Assembly (NCBI RefSeq): GCF_001194135.2
Contig: NC_068981.1
Coordinates: 98,145,080 to 98,209,079, forward strand
Direction of reading: 5' to 3'
From: Octopus bimaculoides
Taxonomy: Eukaryota
Length of the DNA: 64,000 nt
Shown here: positions 13,768-26,729 of the stretch, one piece after another
Position numbering within the stretch: position 1 is the first letter of the stretch
How the letters are laid out: each line of letters opens with the position of its first letter
Notes under the pieces: model-generated
The model's database searches: none
What the model was told of the DNA's origin: nothing
Seen by the model: the letters and a program-made list of their open reading frames with translations, nothing else
Translations under genes and position numbers: made by a program

Positions 13768-14160
13768 TTATGTCAAGGGAGCAAGGGCGAAAACGACCTA
13801 TCTCCAGCATCCTTGAAGTGCCGATACCTTAAAAAAACTACCAAAATCTCCAGAAAAATATACACATGGCTGAAAGCAGGCTAGTGGAAGAATAATAAAA
13901 AGACCTCACGTTAATTGTGAATTGGTTCCAAATTCTGGATTAAAGCCAAAAATAAGCTTTCTTCCTTCGTCAACACAATACATGGGGAAACATAAATGCA
14001 AATAATTGTACATACCATACAAAGCAGGTTCACACGTCTACATACAAGTATTTGCATATATAGATCCAAGATAAGTCAATTTTAAATTCTCTCACAAAGG
14101 TATCGGCACTTCAAGCATGCTGGAGATAGGTTGTTTTTACCCTTTGTTCTCTTAATATAA
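13768..14160. mobile_element. Unclassified MITE, about 390 bp, with about 60-bp TIRs
   Basis: 13768-13830 (…acctatctccagcatccttgaagtgccgatacctt) is the imperfect reverse complement of 14097-14160; no coding capacity. Confidence 0.75.
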
Positions 14161-14283
14161 TTATATAACATATGTATATTGTTATCAATTTAATGTATAA
14201 ATTGCCTATAAATTGTTATAGCACGCTGACTACTTGATAAAAATCATTAACATGATTTTTATTCTTATATTCTATTATGAATT

Positions 14284-14320
<37 letters not shown>

Positions 14321-14766
14321 ACTTCTCTCAGTTTCCAACTACCAAATACACTCACAAGGCATTGGTCAGCCTGAGGCTAAAGTGGAAGTGAACCCGGAAC
14401 CATGTGGTTGGGAATCAAGCTTCTTACCACACAGCCATACCTGTGCCTGTAAATTATAAAAAGTAATTCCTCCTACAATAGAATATGAATGATATTCTTT
14501 AAAAATGCTTAGAAAAATACATAAGCTCATCAACGTTCAGAAAAATACTTAAGCATTAAATACTACAAAATTTACAGGAGGAAAAACACAGATCCTAATC
14601 CTTCCTCAGTTGTCAACCGAAAATACTAATACCCAGTTTCACACCTGGTCAGTAACTGTGTCTGTCCTATGTGTACGTTTTGTAGTATTTAACACATTTT
14701 TCATTTATGGAGTAACTGAACACCACACATCCTGATATATAGATATAGTCATCATATATACACACA

Positions 14767-16854
14767 CAGGGTGCGATGGGTAAATTGTCGCCATTTTACA
14801 TTTTTAATTTTGCGCACATGCATTGTTTGTTTTTAATTTTATTGACTACACAGTATAGTAGGGTCAGTTGGGCACTGTCTTTGAGAAAAAAACAGCACCA
14901 TGAGGCAATTCACTTTGCCAGAAATTTGAAAACGGCATGCTGTACTGCTTGGAATTCATGCCAGAAGCTCCAATACGAACATTTCAGAGTGTTTGGGTGT
15001 CAATCTGAGGACATATACCAAAAGTGACAGATGTCAAACATCCAGCCAACATCATGCTGTCTGGAGCGATCACTAGTGATGGTGACGTTATGCTTTCATT
15101 CATCTTTCCACACGACTTCAGACTCGACACAGAGGCCTATATCACATGCCTGGAGGAGGTAGTGCGGCCCTGGGTCAAAAGGGTGGCTGCTGGAAAACCC
15201 TATGTCTGGCATCAGGACTCTGCATCATGCTGCACAAGCAGGAGAACTCAGTCATGGTTGTGAGACAATTTCTGTGACCACATCACCCCTAGCATCTTGC
15301 CATCTAACTCCCCAGACTGCAACCCCTTTGATTATTCTGTGTTGGGCGTAGTTGCGTGAAAGACCAACAAAACTTCTTGTAACACCAAAGATGAACTGAA
15401 GGTAAGGATTATGGCAGCATACACCAACTTAAACAAGGAGACCATCCAGAAGAGTTGCAGGAGATTCTGAAGTTGTCTGGAGGCCGTAGTTGAAGCCAAT
15501 GGTGATTTTCATCATCATCATCATCATCGTTTAACGTCCGCCTTCCATGCTAGCATGGGTTGGACGATTTGACTGAGGACTGGTGAAACCGGATGGCAAC
15601 ACCAGGCTCCAATCTAATTTGGCAGAGTTTCTACAGCTGGATGCCCTTCCTAACGACAACCACTCAGAGAGTGTAGTGGGTGCTTTTACGTGTCACCCGC
15701 ACGAAAACGGCCACGCTCGAAATGGTGTCTTTTATGTGCCACCCACACAAGAGCCAGTCCAGGGGCACCGGCAACGATCTCGCTCGAAAAACCTCATGTG
15801 TCACTCGCACAAGAGCCAGTCCATGGGCACTGGCAACGATTTCGCACGAAAGATATCATGTGTCGCCCGCACATGAGCCAGTCCAGGGGCACTGGCAACT
15901 ATCCCGCTCGAAAGATTTCATGTGTCACCCGAAATTTACTTTTTAGTATTTCAGGATAATTCTATGTAATTTTGGTAAATATATCTGTTAAAATGAGATG
16001 TCAGTGTCATTTTCATTTTTGCGTAATTTAGATANNNNNNNNNNNNNNNNNNNNNNNNNNNNNNNNNNNNNNNNNNNNNNNNNNNNNNNNNNNNNNNNNN
16101 NNNNNNNNNNNNNNNNNNNNNNNNNNNNNNNNNNNNNNNNNNNNNNNNNNNNNNNNNNNNNNNNNNNNNNNNNNNNNNNNNNNNNNNNNNNNNNNNNNNN
16201 NNNNNNNNNNNNNNNNNNNNNNNNNNNNNNNNNNNNNNNNNNNNNNNNNNNNNNNNNNNNNNNNNNNNNNNNNNNNNNNNNNNNNNNNNNNNNNNNNNNN
16301 NNNNNNNNNNNNNNNNNNNNNNNNNNNNNNNNNNNNNNNNNNNNNNNNNNNNNNNNNNNNNNNNNNNNNNNNNNNNNNNNNNNNNNNNNNNNNNNNNNNN
16401 NNNNNNNNNNNNNNNNNNNNNNNNNNNNNNNNNNNNNNNNNNNNNNNNNNNNNNNNNNNNNNNNNNNNNNNNNNNNNNNNNNNNNNNNNNNNNNNNNNNN
16501 NNNNNNNNNNNNNNNNNNNNNNNNNNNNNNNNNNNNNNNNNNNNNNNNNNNNNNNNNNNNNNNNNNNNNNNACGATCTCGCTCGAAAAACCTCATGTGTC
16601 ACTCGCACAAGAGCCAGTCCATGGGCACTGGCAACGATTTCGCACGAAAGATATCATGTGTCGCCCGCACATGAGCCAGTCCAGGGGCACTGGCAACTAT
16701 CCCGCTCGAAAGATTTCATGTGTCACCCGAAATTTACTTTTTAGTATTTCAGGATAATTCTATGTAATTTTGGTAAATATATCTGTTAAAATGAGATGTC
16801 AGTGTCATTTTCATTTTTGCGTAATTTAGATAATAGTGTATTCACCACACCCTG
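14767..16854 (+). mobile_element. Tc1/mariner DD37D (maT-type) element, internally deleted, with a nested RTE 3' fragment and an assembly gap
   Basis: Ends CAGGGTG…CACCCTG-TA. Pseudo-ORF 15024-15510 reads KHPANIM…YVWHQDSA-(37 aa)-SPDCNPFDY…KDELK…VVEANGDF with in-frame stops. Confidence 0.85.
15510..15930 (-). mobile_element. 5'-truncated RTE LINE 3'UTR with (GAT)n tail and about 3.5 copies of a 62-bp tandem repeat
   Basis: First about 170 bp nearly identical to the 3'UTR at 63364 onward, which is attached to an RTE ORF C-terminus. Confidence 0.85.
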
Positions 16855-17529
16855 TACATATATTGGCATAGTGGAAAAAGCTGAACAAACAACCTTTGCA
16901 GACTCTCCAAGACCAAAAACTAACACAGTTACACTTCTCTTGAGTTACAAAAACTTTGACACAGTTAAACTCCACTTGAGTTACAGCTCCACTTGAGTTA
17001 TATATATATATATNNNNNNNNNNNNNNNNNNNNNNNNNNNNNNNNNNNNNNNNNNNNNNNNNNNNNNNNNNNNNNNNNNNNNNNNNNNNNNNNNNNNNNN
17101 NNNNNNNNNNNNNACAACAGAATGAGCACATAGGAAAACAGACAAGCCACATATGGAACTTTTATATATACCAAATGGCTATGGAGGTCCACCAGAGTAA
17201 AATAGGAATCAAAGGAGTCCATAGACAAAAAAATGGTTGAAAACCACTTGTCTAGGTGCTGGGAAGCATGATGTAGAATGTGGATGTTGTAATAAGGCAG
17301 TAAGCAGATGACCTGGAAGGTGCAGAAGTGGTGTTTGAGGCTGAGAAAAGAGATCAAGGGTGTTTGAAAGTGTGTGTGTGTCAGCAATACATGCAGAGGA
17401 TAAAAGTAATTAATGAGGTGAGTTGATGATGATGAAAGATGTGATTTTAGCAATGGCAGCATCGATATGGGATGTGAAAAACAAGAAGAGTTGTAGCACT
17501 GAACTTACCAAGGAAAATTACACCAAAGA

Positions 17530-18575
17530 GAGGAGAGGGGGGGGGCACGTCAAAACGGTAGAGGAGTAGGGGCCAAAATAAGACGTGGTTCCTCCTGATG
17601 ATGTCTTGAGCTAACTGGATCCTATAAAGGGGCTGTTGTGGTAGCAGACCACAAAACATGGTTGAAACTCCTTAGATACTGACTGCAGGGAAAGACTTGC
17701 TGACAATCCAGCAAGAGGGATGACAAAGCTGAGAGACGCTTGACAGTACGACAGCGTAATGAAGGATCAAATGGGCTTGCAGCCCAATGTGGGGTAAAAT
17801 TGCAACAAAAAAGCATGGGAAATTATGCCTCCATGATCCTGGACCATGGGGGGAGAATAAAGAATCAAATAGGAATGGAAAAAAATGAAATGGACTTGGA
17901 CTGGAAATGGACAATGAGAAAGGAAGCGGTAAAGGAATGGTAGATAATGAATTCAGCTGCTGTGGAAAGGTGTTTGCTAGTTACATCGGGCTGAGAATCC
18001 ACCAAGGGAAGGTGTGTCAGAAGAAAGTAATTCAACAACACGGGTTGATAAACCATAAGACGTGTGGCTGGAACCTCCTGGAAAATAACCTTAGCGAGGT
18101 TCATTTTACAGTTGAATTGGAACAGTCAGAAAGAGTGATAGGTGTGAAGAAGGCAAAGATTAAGTGGCTGAAGGCAAAGATTAAGTGGCCGAAGGCAAAT
18201 GATGCAGCAAGTTATAAAAAATTTGACAACGAGGTAGCAAGAATTTCCACCAAATTCAAAGGCAACAACGAACAAGAGCTCAAGAACCTGGCTAATACAA
18301 TCTACCAGGAAGGAGAGAAAAGATTTGGACTGGAAACAACAGGGAAGGTAGAATCACCGGCAAACAGCAGATCATCGAGGAGAGAAAGACGGATCGCAAA
18401 GATTCGAGAAGAGAAGAAAAAACTCAGAACCAGATGGAGGGATGCAAAGGAAGAAGAAAGAGAAGGGCTAAAGCAGCTATATGAAGAGATAAAAAAGAGG
18501 TAACGAGAACTACTAAGAAAACAAAGAAGGAAGAGCAGAAGAAAGGAGAGAGAAAAGAACTATCGTAGCTTTGTG
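17530..18575 (+). mobile_element. 5' fragment of a HERO/NeSL-type (restriction-like endonuclease) non-LTR retrotransposon; ORF 17907-18503
   Basis: N-terminal Zn finger (CCGKVFASYIGLRIHQGKVC), KIKWPKA…KKFD…RFG and the basic coiled-coil RRERRIAKIREEKKKLR…EEEREGL resemble the HERO ORF N-terminus. The frame continues past a single TAA; no RT domain present. Confidence 0.75.
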
Positions 18576-21291
18576 ATGATGTTTCAGAATGAAGTTTGAG
18601 AGATGAGTGTAACCCGAGTGGATTATAGATAAGAAGCGGGAGAATATCTTAAAGAGGAATATCTGTCTGTTAAAATAAATTGTGTGATAGTAAGAGATGA
18701 TGTGTGGAGTCTAGGTTGGATTTGAGTACTTTACTGCCAGAATTCCTCAGTAGATTTAGTATTCTGTTTTGGTATCTAATTGAGGTAGCTATGCACATCC
18801 TGTTGGTTGATGCCTGTGTAGCACACAGATCACTATCACTCTTCAATCAAACCAACATCTTAATAACAGGAACTTTCACAATCAAGTCACATATGCCTGT
18901 TGCTCCAGGTAGTGTCAGAGAGCATACAGTTGTATGTGGGATAACACAATGTAGTAAGCCCCCCCACCAAAAAAAATGAATAAATAAACTGAAATTAAAT
19001 CTATAATGAAAAGAAAAGTCATTAGCCTTAATAGCAATTATCGTCAAAGGTAGAAAACTCTAAAATTTAATTGATTACAAATTGAATGGAGTGATGTAGT
19101 GAGGAGGGAGTCTAATCTTTGGTAGGTATGATGTTAACATATTTAACTAAAAATAAACATGTGATGAGGAAATACCAGTATTAATCAATGACTAGTAATA
19201 TTTTCATTTGTTCAGCAAATACTATAGGCAACAACTTTAAACATGTTTCAGTCTTATAATGATCTCATCGGTGAAGTATCTGCTGAAATAATGATGAAAT
19301 ACTTGCCATTTCAGCAAATACAGAACAATGATAAGTACATGTACAAAATTTTACATTATTTGGCACAGAAAAGTTTTTAGTACATAACAACATGTTTCAG
19401 ATGAAATGAAATGTTAAACTCATTTTCTATAATAGAATTATTCTTTTGAAATCTTGAAGTCATTATAATCTGCAAAATGGTCTATGGATTACAAACTGCC
19501 AGCAGCGTCTCTAGCAACAGATGTTTTCTTTGCCTGTTAATTAAATGAAACTTATGATACTTATCAGAATATAAGCCACTTTTCTGTTAATGCAAATATC
19601 TCAAAGTCACACTTTAAATATAACTCTAATCCTAGATATTACTATAGGCTGGAAAAAATGTTTCCTAAAATTTTTACAAATATAAAAATGTAATATATAT
19701 TTTGATAAAAATTATGGTGCATTTAAATTTATATTACAGATTTTAAAAAAGAAACAGTTTTGGCATACAGCTATTTATTAAATAATTCAACTGGACCTTT
19801 ACTAGTGTAATACCTACCAGCTATTAAAACTACATGAATGCTTCCATTACAGCTAAAGATTTGCATTAAATATTTGTTTCTCTAACTAAATTACTACCTG
19901 ATTCATTTATATTAATCAGCTGTAAATTGTTAAATTCTATTTAGTATGCAACAAAGCTCCTAGACACTTTTACTATGGAAGTAGCTGTGACCAAGTTAGG
20001 AAGGAGTTAGCATCTGAATTTCTGTTTTAAAAACAATTCTAGATATGCATGTCACAAAACAGGTATGTTTGTATCCTATTGCAGATATTATGCAGCGTTC
20101 CTTTGAAAGTTAAAAAAAAATTTTTATAGTTCTTTCTTTTAATCATTGCAGAAGGATACTGTCTATTGCCCAGATCAGGCATTTTTATGGCTATTGTCTA
20201 CTTACTCAGGAGAAGTTTCTTGAATTAAATAGCTGGCAAGACTAAAAATCAATGCAGTTATTGTGAAGACTGAAGAGTGAGAAATTGAGCTACTGTATAA
20301 AAAGGATACTGTTCCAAAAGACAATGGTCCTAAAATGGATTGCAGATAGCATCTATCACAAGATTTAAAGAGAAAGTCAGGGCATGAGAGATATAAAGCT
20401 GACAGGTTAATGAAACAAGTTAGTCTGAGTGGAGGTTAGAGTACAGCTAGTAAGTTTTGTAAGAATGGAAACCATTATGATAGTGGAAAAAGTGGCCTGA
20501 TCAATGGAGCAAGTTATATCAGGTTTCCCATTAGAAGGGTGTACACTGTTCAGATAGCTGGTTCTACTCTGAATGAAATCTAAAACACCAATCTGTTGGT
20601 ATTTTTATTGTTGGTTAACCTTAGTTGAGTAACCCTATGATCAAAGGACTTCAAGAATGACTGTCCCATTTATGATGTGTATCCGAAATAATGTAGTGCT
20701 GGATACATGCATTGAGATGGTACAATTGAACTGAAAGAAGTTTGGCTGCGGTTTCTAGAAAGTCAAGGCTTCCATACCAGCATGATAAAAGAGAAAGAAG
20801 TGATAAAAGGTGTACCAAATATGAAAAAAGCACTCCATTGCAGAGCACTTTTTTATTTTCTCTTTCCTCCACCCCCATTTTTTTGTTTTTTTGTTCAGAA
20901 TCAGTTCCTAAGACTATTTATAGTTATAGGTTCTGAAGAGAAAGCCAAACCAAGTGCAGAAAACTGAAGCTGTAAGAGCTATTTGTACTTTATGAAAGAA
21001 TTAATAATATTGTATAATAATGGTAACATATGCTACCTCAGTTATACCATAGTAATAATATGACTATATTGTAAGTGTGAACGTACATAAATATATAAAC
21101 CTGTCATTAAAACTCTGATGATAAAGGTATTTTCTTCATACCAAAATAAGGAAATGTCAGGATATATTAAGTTCCTCAGAAGTATTGTCAGAGTTATAAA
21201 GAAGTTTGCATAGAAGAAATCTGAGAGCAAGTGATGTTATGGTTTCTTTTTAACAGACAGCCAGTAATGTAAAAAAACAAAATTTACACAT

Positions 21292-21617
21292 TATAGGCGC
21301 AGGTGTGGCTGTGTGGCAAGAAGTTTGCTTCCCAACCACATGGTTCCAGGTTTAGTCCCACTGCATGGGCAAGTGTCTTCTACAACAGCTTTGAGCTGAC
21401 CAAAGCTTTGTGTCTGTGTTCAATGCCACTACCACTTGACAACCAGCACTGATGTGTTTACATCCCTGTAACTTAGCAGTTCAGCAAAAGAGACCAATAG
21501 AATAAGTACTAGACTTAAATAAATAAAAAAAACAATTCATTTGACTAAAAAACCCTTCTAAGTGGTGCCCTAGCATGGCCACAGTCAAATGACTGAAACA
21601 GGTAAAAGATAAAAGAT
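21292..21617 (+). mobile_element. SINE family A, plus-strand copy; others at about 25080-25460 and 38790-39190
   Basis: Same head and tail as the minus-strand copies. Confidence 0.9.
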
Positions 21618-21947
21618 TACATTCTGAATGTGCATGTTAAATGCACATTCAATAAGCACAATTTTTTACACCAGGAAGAAAGAAAAGCCTCATGATACAT
21701 TAATACAATGATAAAATTCCAATACAAATGTAAATAGATAGCATACATTGTGGTGTTACAATGAGAGATCATAATAAAAGAGTATATGTCCCTTATCTCA
21801 GTTTGGAGATTACAGATAATCAGCAGATATTTGCTGTGATTTTTGTCTTTTCTTTGTTAAATAGAAACACATGAAACCTGGAAACAGAACAGCTTTACGT
21901 AAGCAAATCATCAATAAAATTTACGTACATCATCATTATTATTATTA

Positions 21948-22636
21948 AAGGTGGCCAGCTGGCAGGATGATTAGCGCAATGGATGAAACGCTTAGTGGTA
22001 TTTTGCCTGTCACTATGTTCTGAGTTCAAATTCCTCTGAGGTCCACTTTGCCTTTCATCCTTTCAGGGTTGATAAATTAAGTACCAGTTGAGCACTGGGG
22101 TCAATGTAATCAACACATCCACTCCTTCAAAATGGCTGACCTTGTGGCAGAATTTGAAACCATTATTATTATTATTATTCTAAGGTAGCAAGCTAGCAGA
22201 ATTGTTAGTATGCCAGGCAAAATGCTTAGTGGCATTTCGTTTTTCTTCATGTCCTGAGTTCAAATTCTGCCAAAGTTGACTTTGCCTTTCATCTTTCAAA
22301 GACAATAAAATAAGTACCAGTTGAGTGGGAGTGGGGGTGAGCAATAAAATTGACTTACCCCTTCCCTGAAATTGCTGGCCTTGTGCAAATATTTGAAATC
22401 ATTATTATTATTATTCTAAGGCAGTGGAGCTAGCAGAATCATTAGCACTAGGCAAAATGCTTAGCAGCATTTCATCTCTCTTTACGTTCTGAGTTCAAAC
22501 TCAGCTGAGGATAACTTTGCTTTTCCTCCTTTCAAGGTTGATAAAAGAAATACCAGTTGAATACTGGGGATCAATGTAATTGACATACTCCCTACCCTGA
22601 ACTTTGCTGGTTCTGTGTCAAAATTTGAAACCATTA
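21948..22636 (+). mobile_element. Three head-to-tail copies of SINE family B (about 220 bp)
   Basis: Each copy reads agctggcagaat…gagttcaaatt…ataagtaccagtt…aaatttgaaacc(att)n. Confidence 0.92.
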
Positions 22637-23189
22637 TTAATTTTCTAAGCAGTTGCTTTGTCTATGCTTTAGTTTAAGCCAGTCCAAATATGCATTTCAA
22701 AACAAAACTGTACAGATATGTGAACTAGAGCATATGTAATCATGGTCAACATTTTCTAAGCAGCTGGAACATGAGTATATAGGACTAATATACCATGTGT
22801 GGTGAGTGTGCGTGCACGCGTGCAACCAAAGCAAGGTTGTATATGTGTAGTGGAACAGAGTGTTTCTTTCCTGAAGTGCCACATCTAATTGTTAATCATT
22901 TAGTAAGTAGATTCTAACAAGCAGCAAATATACATAATGCAAAGAATAAACTTTAATACACCAGCATGATGGGAGAAGAATGGAATAGTTCTAAAGTATT
23001 ATTTCATCATCGACAATGGTTGAGGTCATAAAGTCTAAGCATATAGAAATCATTTTCCAGACAGCTTGCACTGTTCATGTTACAGATAGCACACAATACT
23101 GACACCACTGAGAGTACTGAAGCTGGCTTCTTAAATGTCACACATTGGTGAGCACATAAATGACACACAACATACATGTCACATATAGC

Positions 23190-23550
23190 TCGCTGGCACT
23201 CCGTCGCTTACGACATCGAGGGTTCCAGTTGATCCAATCAACGGAACAGCCTGCTCGTAAAATTAACGTGCAAGTGGCTGAGCACTCCACAGACACGTGT
23301 ACCCTTAACATAGTTCTCGGGGGATATTCAGCATGACACAGTGTGACAAAGCTGGCCCTTTGAATTACAGGCACAATAGAAACAGGAAGTAAGAGTGAGA
23401 GAAAGTTGTGGTGAAAGAGTACAGCAGGGTTCGCCACCATCCCCTGCCAGAGCTTCGTGGAGCTTTAGGTGTTTTCGCTCAACACTCACAACGCCCAGTC
23501 TGGGAATCGAAACTGCGATCCTATAACCACTGGGCCATTACGCCTCCACT
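23190..23550 (-). mobile_element. SINE family D; related copy at about 51430-51700
   Basis: Shared core gagggttccagttgatccaatc…ggctgagcactccacagac…agctggccctttga, with a tRNA-like head on the minus strand. Confidence 0.8.
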
Positions 23551-23946
23551 CACATATAGCACACAGTGCAGATATCACAAATGACACATGGTATAGGTGT
23601 TACAAATGACCCACAGCACAGATGTTGTGAATGATACACAGTATTCATATTAAATCAACACACAGCATAACACATAGCGCTACTGTTGTTTAGTTGTTAA
23701 GATAAAATCTATGGAAATTACAGGAATACAAAAATGATATTCTATCTTTTTACTAGTCAGTCATTGGATCTCGGCCATGCTGGGGCCCTGCCTTGAACAG
23801 TTTAGTCATTCAGACCAACCCTAGTAGTTAGTTTTTAAGACTGGTACCTATTCTATCAGTCTCTTTTGCTGAACTGCTAGATTACTCAGACATAAACAAA
23901 CGAAGCAATGGGGAAGGAAACAAACACAAACACACCTACACACAAT

Positions 23947-23947
<1 letters not shown>

Positions 23948-24025
<78 letters not shown>

Positions 24026-24031
24026 TGTGTG
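23948..24031. repeat. (GT)n-(GCGT)n microsatellite within a SINE
   Basis: Direct reading. Confidence 0.97.
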
Positions 24032-25559
24032 TCGTGGGCTTCCACACAGTTTCTGTCACAAGGAATTGGTCAATCTGGGACTATAGCAGAAGGCACTCAC
24101 CCAAGGTATTGTGCAGTGAGACTGAACCCAAAACCACATGGTTGCCAAGTGAACTCTTTAACCACACAGCATCCTCAGTCACATGTAGAAAAATTCCAGA
24201 AAGCACTTGAAAAGCTTAGGGTAAAATAGTATTGTATTGTGAGAGGGCTTAAGAATAGTAAACAGCTAGAGTGACATAGAGCTGTTTCATGTGGTGAAAA
24301 GTTGAAGTCAAAGTGTAATAAGTCAGATTTTTTTTTTTTTTTTGGTAAAAACGAAAACATACCCAAACTAAAACTGTTACATGCCATGTGAAACAGGACC
24401 AGCACCAAATTTATACAAATCTTCCCTCACAGCATGGGAATAAACTATATTAATATTCAAGCATTTTGAAGTTTGAAATATTCCAAGCATTTTAGATAAA
24501 GAATTATCAACTGTAGCATAAAAGACATTTTAAAAAACTTTTTTAACTGCCAGAATATGGAAAATTGGTGAGATATGCAAATCATTTCAGTTATAACTGT
24601 GTGATGTTAATGAGGTAGTTTGAAGTGGAGATTAATTTGTCAACAATTTATCACTGCCCTACTGAATACCAAGAGTGTCAATCTTAGTCTCAAAATTTCT
24701 GTAACAATCAAAGGCAATGCCTCTCCTCAACTAAACCCATTTTTANNNNNNNNNNNNNNNNNNNNNNNNNNNNNNNNNNNNNNNNNNNNNNNNNNNNNNN
24801 NNNNNNNNNNNNNNNNNNNNNNNNNNNNNNNNNNNNNNNNNNNNNNNNNNNNNNNNNNNNNNNNNNNNNNNNNNNNNNNNNNNNNNNNNNNNNNNNNNNN
24901 NNNNNNNNNNNNNNNNNNNNNNNNNTTTTCTGAAAGAAATCAAAGTAGTTATTATATCTCACATTTAATTTGGATAACTCAATGTTTCCAGCTGAATATT
25001 GGGAAATGTGAGAAATTGGAAAAGAGCAGCCAGGAACAGTGTGAAACTGTGTCTGTGATATGTGTACAATAGATGCACAAGAAGCTGTGTGGTTAAGAAG
25101 CTCGAAATCCTAATTATGTGGTCTTGGGTTCAGTCTCACTACATAGCACCTTGGGCAAGTGTCATCTGCTATAACCCCAGCTCAATCAAAGCCTTGTGAG
25201 TGGGTTTAGTGGACAGAAACTGAAAGAAGCCCATCATACATGTATTTGTGTGTGTTTTCACAATGCTTGTCCCCCACACTTGACAAGTAGTGTCGCTTTG
25301 TTTGTATCCCCATAACTTAGCAATACAGCAAAAGACACTGATAGAATAAGTATCAGGCTTAAAAAATAAGTACTAGAATTGATTTGTTTGATGATACCCT
25401 TTAAGGTGGTGCTCCAGCATGGCCACAGTTCAATGCCTGAAACAAATAAGAAATAAAAGATGATTGTAACTTGGTGTTATTACAGTTTAGCTTGGAAAAT
25501 GTCTCAGTCTTCTGATCATTTATGCACTGCTTTTTCTTTTACTAGCTAGTCATGGAGAA

Positions 25560-25980
25560 AAGTGCAGTGACTATGAGGCTTTAGCATGTCTCAAGTAGAT
25601 GTAGCTCTGTACAAACTGAGCTCATGTTCACTAATAACTGAGAGCAGTTACAAGTTATGAGGTAGCTAGTTATTTATGACTGTTCTATCACTTTTGAGAT
25701 GTTAGAAGTGAGAATGATAATGCAAAAGTTAGTAGGGTCAGAGAGATTGTCATTCTTTAGAATGGGAATCAGCATTAAGTGCTTCCATAGATCCTTGTTG
25801 AGAGGAAAATACTGAAGAGTTTGCTAAGGAAAGAAGCTAGATTGTCAGAAAAGACCCATTTTGGCAGTTACATTATGTGATGGAGAGATAGTGGACTGGT
25901 GAAGAGTTTCAGAAGAGTTTTGTTGTATGCCTGTAGTAAGAAGATGACAGTAATTGTGATGGCTTTATTAAAAAAAAGTG
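25560..25980 (-). mobile_element. Old CR1-like LINE reverse-transcriptase remnant
   Basis: Degenerate LIPILKNDNLSDPTNFCIIILTSNISKVIEQ…RATST matches the PIPK..D.S.P.NYRPI.LTS..SKV.E…RST motif order. Confidence 0.55.
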
Positions 25981-26729
25981 CTACTTCAGTACCATCTTAG
26001 AACGACTTAACTGTACCTAGTCTTCTTATAATTACTCTAGAGTGTAATAAAGAAATCAATATTAAATATAAAACAGTTCTAACCCTTTTCACAGCTTTAA
26101 TTCACACACAAACACACATATGTAAGCACACACCTTCAGTAACATCATCACAAGATCAGAAATTTCAATTCTACTTTCTCACTGGAAAAGTCACACTTGT
26201 CTACAGTATAACTTTTGTCCAACTGTATTTTGTCAAATTTTTTGGTTAAGTATCAAGGTATTTCATCTAATTTCTTTTTTCCCCCTTTACCTTGGCTCTT
26301 AACTACCCTAAAATATTCTACACTTCCATCCTTTCTAAATAATTTTATGTGACTTTCCTGCATGTTATGTAGCAACCAATATATTGCTTTCCCAGTATTT
26401 TTACATTAAATACTTATATACACACATTTACATCAAAGCTTCAAATAATACAAATTCAAATAATAGGAATTCAATTCAGAATAAATTATATGATACAATT
26501 TTTCATGTCGTATATGACTAAATTCAATCTAGTAAAACAATTTTTTGATGCACAAAAATTAAAATCTGTCCATCACAAGTGCTCCAAGTGAGCTATCAGT
26601 CAGATTGCTTTTGGCAATCATCATATGATAGCATGCTGCAGTTTTTGTGTTTTCAATTACAGCCAGTATTGTTGGTTTATATAAGCTGGTAAAAACTGAA
26701 AATATATGTACCACAAATGCTTCTACTAC

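Noticed and set aside
15774-16832. Exact 261-bp direct duplication (15774-16034 = 16572-16832) around a gap
   Set aside because: 100% identity with both copies abutting the N-run indicates unmerged overlapping contig ends, not biology.
19506-19520. RFX X-box-like motif gtctctagcaac
   Set aside because: A single short degenerate match without promoter context or conservation data.
20206-20241. 36-nt minus-strand exon candidate (ttttag|…|gtaagta, LASYLIQETSP)
   Set aside because: Appears to lie in a degraded CR1-like remnant, ends in an atypical GA before the donor, and has no independent support.
24620-24932. Strong minus-strand acceptor at the edge of a gap
   Set aside because: The putative exon falls largely in Ns and cannot be evaluated.
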